From assembly GCA_010093605.1 (NCBI GenBank), contig MU004190.1, forward strand, positions 1,178,001 through 1,242,000: a DNA stretch of 64,000 nt. Direction: 5' to 3'. Source of the DNA: Lophium mytilinum. Its lineage: Eukaryota. A program made the position numbers and the translations under genes. Below the pieces are notes generated by a model. It searched no databases, was not told the origin of the DNA, and saw only the letters and a program-made list of their open reading frames with translations. Shown here piece by piece: positions 59,901 through 64,000 of the stretch (the stretch's first letter is position 1; each line of letters opens with the position of its first letter).

Positions 59901-62674
59901 GCATGAGAATGACAGCCATTTGAAAACGCCATAGGCAGCCCCAGAAGCCAATCTGCTTGGTATGTGCCGATGCTTCGCTGTGCCCAATCCCAAGAACGCC
60001 ATGCAGTCCTCGTCAAAATGATACCAAGTGCAAAATCAGACAAGACAAGAAGAGAAAGTTCAACTGTTTAGGCGGTCTTCACCACCTTCCGCCCACTCCA
60101 AAGTTGTTGTTGGTGTACATGGAGGGAAACCCACCTTGACCTTGGCCGCCGTAGAGCCCCTGGCCGCCCATAGCTCCACCTTGATGCAACCTCGCCTGCA
60201 GGATACTTGGGTCGGCAACATCAACTACACCACCTCCCCCAGAAGAGGAAGTGTTAGCATGTCTGTGCTTCTTTCCCTTTTTCTTCTGCTTCTGGGGACC
60301 AGAATCCTGATATGCACCAGGCGAGGCACCGTAAGGGAAGCTTAGAAGGCCAGGGGCAGGGGCTGGCGTAGAGGTCGTTGGGTGTTGTTGATGAAGAAAA
60401 GAAGGAAACATTGACTCACGCTTTCCAGCATCAGGCCCCCTAGCGCCGGCGCCTCGCTCACGAAGCAGATCTTGATAGGATTCGTTGGGTCGTCCCATAG
60501 CATTCGCACCGTAGCCCACTCCGCCAGTAGTAAAACCATGACCTTGACCAAACATTCCCCCGCCGCTCACTGGGGGAGTTCCGGTCGCCTTGAGACCGGG
60601 TGGTGGACCTTGCATTCCGCTCGTGTAGAATTGGTTTCCAAGGGCTTGGTGCTGACCAAGTTGGTTGAAGTGGTTGGTGTTCTTCGGCATCATGGAGGAT
60701 TGCTGATTCATGAGTTTCGCGTTGGCGACTGGCTGAACTGCAGCTGAAGCAGTTGCGCTGTCGTTTGCGAAACTAAATCTCGAGGTATGCCTTGCGTGTC
60801 CAGGTGCGTTTCCGGGCTGCTGTTGGCCCAAGGCTTGCTGCTGCTGACCATGAACCTGGAAATTGCTCATCAGACCAGCCGATTGAGATGCCGTAGATTT
60901 GAGTAACATGAGGTGCTGTTGTTGCTGTGCAGACAGACCACGACCGTTCAACGCCAAGCTACTAAAGTCGTCGCTTAAGCCTTGCCCAAAGCCCAACCCC
61001 GTAGTTTGTTGTGAAGGCGGTGCAATAACGTGCTGCTGTCCACGGCCTGGCGCAGTCTCGTGGTGCTCCTCAGGCTCTCCTCCCAACTGCAGACTACCGC
61101 CTTCGGGATTGTCCTCCGGCTCAATATTGGGGGCGATCGATACGGGGGCTTGTTCGGTAGCTTGATCTTGCTTGTCCTTCATTGCGCGGCGTTTCGCACC
61201 ACCATTTGGGTCCAAAAGTTGGGGGAAATGAGATATGACATCGAATTCTTCCGGGGTCAATGATGCTGCAGAGAATACAAATTTAAAATCAGGGCTAACG
61301 ATAGCTTTTAGAATGTGGTCGAAGTCGGGGAGACCGCGTCGATCACGGCCGGTTAACGGTGGTTGGGGCGTAGACGATTTTGAGGGTTGCGCTGACTTCT
61401 GCGACTCGGCTTTGATACCTTCTTTGCCTTTCTTCTTCGAGGGCTCAGAATCGGTGTTCGCTTGCGGCAGTGTTGCTGGTACAGCGTTCGTGGTCATTGG
61501 ACTTGACGTAGAGGCATTTGTAGACCGGCTAGCCCGTCGGCCTTGGGAAGATTTGTTCCCCCAATTCGCCGTCGACGGCAAAGCTGCCCCGCCACCACTA
61601 TTTGTCGGGCTTGCCGGAGCATCGTTACTCTCTTGTCGATTCATCGGTGGCGCTGCTGCGGCGATGCCTTGGGGAGCTCGCTGTGGAGGAGGCTGAGGTT
61701 GTAGCGGGTTCGCGTCGGAATGAGGCGAAAGGGATTGAGCCGGTTGCTGTGTTGAGATGACGTTCATAGACGACAGGTCTTGACGAGTGAAACTGTCGTT
61801 GTCTTCTCCCGCTTCATGTAGGAACATGCAATTCCGGTTATTACACGTCTCATTGCGGAGATATGCCGAGCAGTACTTCGTAGTCCCAAATTGTGCTCTG
61901 GACTATGTCAGCGCGTTTTCAAGCAAGGAGGTCGTGAGCCATCACCTTAATGTCCGAGAGGCATTCTGCGACCCATCAACAGCCGTTATGCACGCCGTAG
62001 CATCTTCCTTGCGGGCAAAAGTGACATAGACTCCCACGGAGTTGGAGTGAGCAGTGTCCTTTGCCTTGCTGACCACAATTTTGATGATCTTCCCGTATTG
62101 GCCAAAATACTCGTCGCCGCGAAGCATCTCATGGAGGCGGTCGTCTTGTATTGTCGGTGTCAGGCCTGTTACGTAAACGAGGTTCTTCTGCACCACGCGC
62201 AGTCCGGCCAAATGTTTTCGGCTCAAGTTGTCGGCTTCGACCTTTTGCTTTTCCTTCTGGCGCAAGGCGGCATTCTTCTTCGCTTTCTGGGCTATCTCGG
62301 CCTTGTGCATCGCCAGTCTATTATCATGTTAACAGGTCATGATGCAGGCCGGGCATCGTTGGGGGCTCACTCTTCGGCCGTGACGTTTTTGAATTCGATG
62401 CTCTTCTCGTCGTAGGGTCGCCGGCACGCAGGACATAGGCCGTTCATGGTGGTCTTGATATTGTTGTAGCAGAACTGACATATCTAGGGCACCAGGTGAT
62501 TAGTGATGGGGCCTAGCTGGGCAGGCCTGATGCCGCAAAAGCGAGGTTGCATACCTGGTAGCCACAAGGACATGGACGGAAGTTCTTGTCGGACAGGTCG
62601 AACTCCTCCACGCAGAGCGGGCACACCTCCTCCTCGTCATCATCGACGAACTGGTCCTGTAGTTGTCGCGACAT
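56911..62674 (-). CDS. NOT4: CCR4-NOT E3 ubiquitin ligase Not4 (RING, RRM, C3H1), long isoform; the short isoform stops at 60079
   Basis: CPLCVEEFDLSDKNFRPCPCGYQ|ICQFC...CPACRR, LRVVQKNLVYV, YFGQYGKIIKI, GTTKYCSAYLRNETCNNRNCMFLHE. Three short introns plus an optional intron 59478-60419. Confidence 0.93.
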
Positions 62675-63064
62675 AGCCGTGGTGTGTGATGGGTATGCGG
62701 TGTGAGTTGTTCAAGCGTAGTCGCCGGGTGGCGCACGAAAGGAGAGATGACCACGGAGAGAGGGCAGATGGGGAGGAGAGTGTGGTCTCTGCCGGACGAG
62801 AGTGAAGAAGCAAGAGGAGTAGATAGAAGTTTGCCTTGAGGCATAGAAAGAGGTGAGGGAGGGAGGGCGTCGAGGAAGAAAGCGTGAAGGTTCGCGCAGA
62901 ACGCTGTTGCCATCCATGGCGCTGCCAAGCCGCTAACTGGTCGAGTCCCGTGACTTTTGCCGACCTCATCAACTCTAGATGATGCGAGAGACGTTCATTT
63001 GCACTGCTCACGATCCTCGCGCGGCCTCACCTCTGCCGCCCTCACACCCATCTCCGCTCCATCG

Positions 63065-64000
63065 ATGGCTCTCCGCCTGTCAGCAAGTCGGCCATTGGCC
63101 GTGGCCGCCCGCTGCGCCGCGAGCTCCAGCGCCTTCGCCCCTCGAGCTTTCACGACCACAATCCTACGAGCAAAAGAAGTGACGGGAGCCTCCGACGCGC
63201 CGAACATGCGGGTACGCGCTCAATTGATCTATTGCGAGCTCGGAGACAGTTCTAATGGATGTAGTTTGCCCCGAGGGACGCACCCGGCAAGCTCAAGGCC
63301 CCGATCGTCAACCCGGCCGACAAGTACGCAGAGAAGGGCGAGGCGCTACACAAATATGGCCAATACGTCATGTCATGTCTGCCGAAATATGTCCAGCAGT
63401 AAGGCGTTCGAAGAGTGCTACATCGCAACGGGAATAACACCTTGACTAGATTCTCTGTGTGGAAGGACGAATTGACTATCTACATCCCTCCATCCGGCGT
63501 CATTCCCGTCTTCACGTTCTTGAAGTACCACACCGCTGCCGAATACACCCAAGTCACCGACATCACAGCTGTTGACTACCCGACGAAGGACCAGCGTTTT
63601 GAGGTCGTTTACAACATGCTCAGCATCCGGCACAACTCGCGCATACGGGTCAAGACATACGCGGACGAAGCAACCCCAGTTCCAAGTATCTGCGATCTGT
63701 ACGACGGAGCCAATTGGTACGAGAGGGAGGTCTACGACCTTTTCGGCGTCTTCTTCGTCGGACACCCGGATTTGAGGCGAATCATGACGGATTACGGCTT
63801 CGACGGACATCCACTACGGAAGGACTTCCCCATGACTGGATATACTGAGATCCGATATGATGAGGAGAAAAAGAGGATTGTTGTAGAGCCTCTGGAAATG
63901 ACTCAGGCATACCGGAACTTCCGCGGCGGTTCCGCCGCGTGGGAACCAGTCGGTCCTGGAGAAGACAGGAAGCCAGATCAGGTACGTGCTAGTTTTCTAG
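63065..64000 (+). CDS. NDUFS3: Mitochondrial complex I 30-kDa subunit (NDUFS3/Nad9 homolog), truncated by the window end
   Basis: Mitochondrial presequence [69 protein letters not shown]. Divergent from NOT4 across 390 bp. Confidence 0.96.

Overview
Eukaryotic DNA from a filamentous ascomycete (short GT-AG introns with CTRAC/CTAAY branch sites; probably Dothideomycetes, not provable from the sequence alone). About 20 spliced genes were reconstructed by hand. Core genes: LAMTOR1/Ego1-like protein, BUD22, NOT4 and the complex I 30-kDa subunit (runs off the right end). Carbohydrate genes: GH16 glucanase, a divergent GH3 beta-glucosidase / sugar-permease pair, and a ~1,690-aa secreted mucin-like protein. 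An accessory tract (about 15-41 kb) holds F-box, GNAT, methyltransferase, TPR-DUF4470 and CrtC/Diels-Alderase-like genes plus decayed genes. The main unexplained structure is a dispersed ~220-235 bp element with TA target-site duplications and CAGT...ACTG terminal inverted repeats (Tc1/mariner-type MITE), with about 11 full or partial copies. Two copies lie in opposite orientation in two introns of the same GH3 gene, and four TIR-less cores form a tandem array next to a RIP-like pseudogene. Other points: two alternative NOT4 C-termini, an exact Trp-every-7 heptad repeat broken by a 1-nt frameshift, a probably inactive RNase H, and an orphan protein with PP1-docking motifs. All family calls come from motif recognition; no database search was run.
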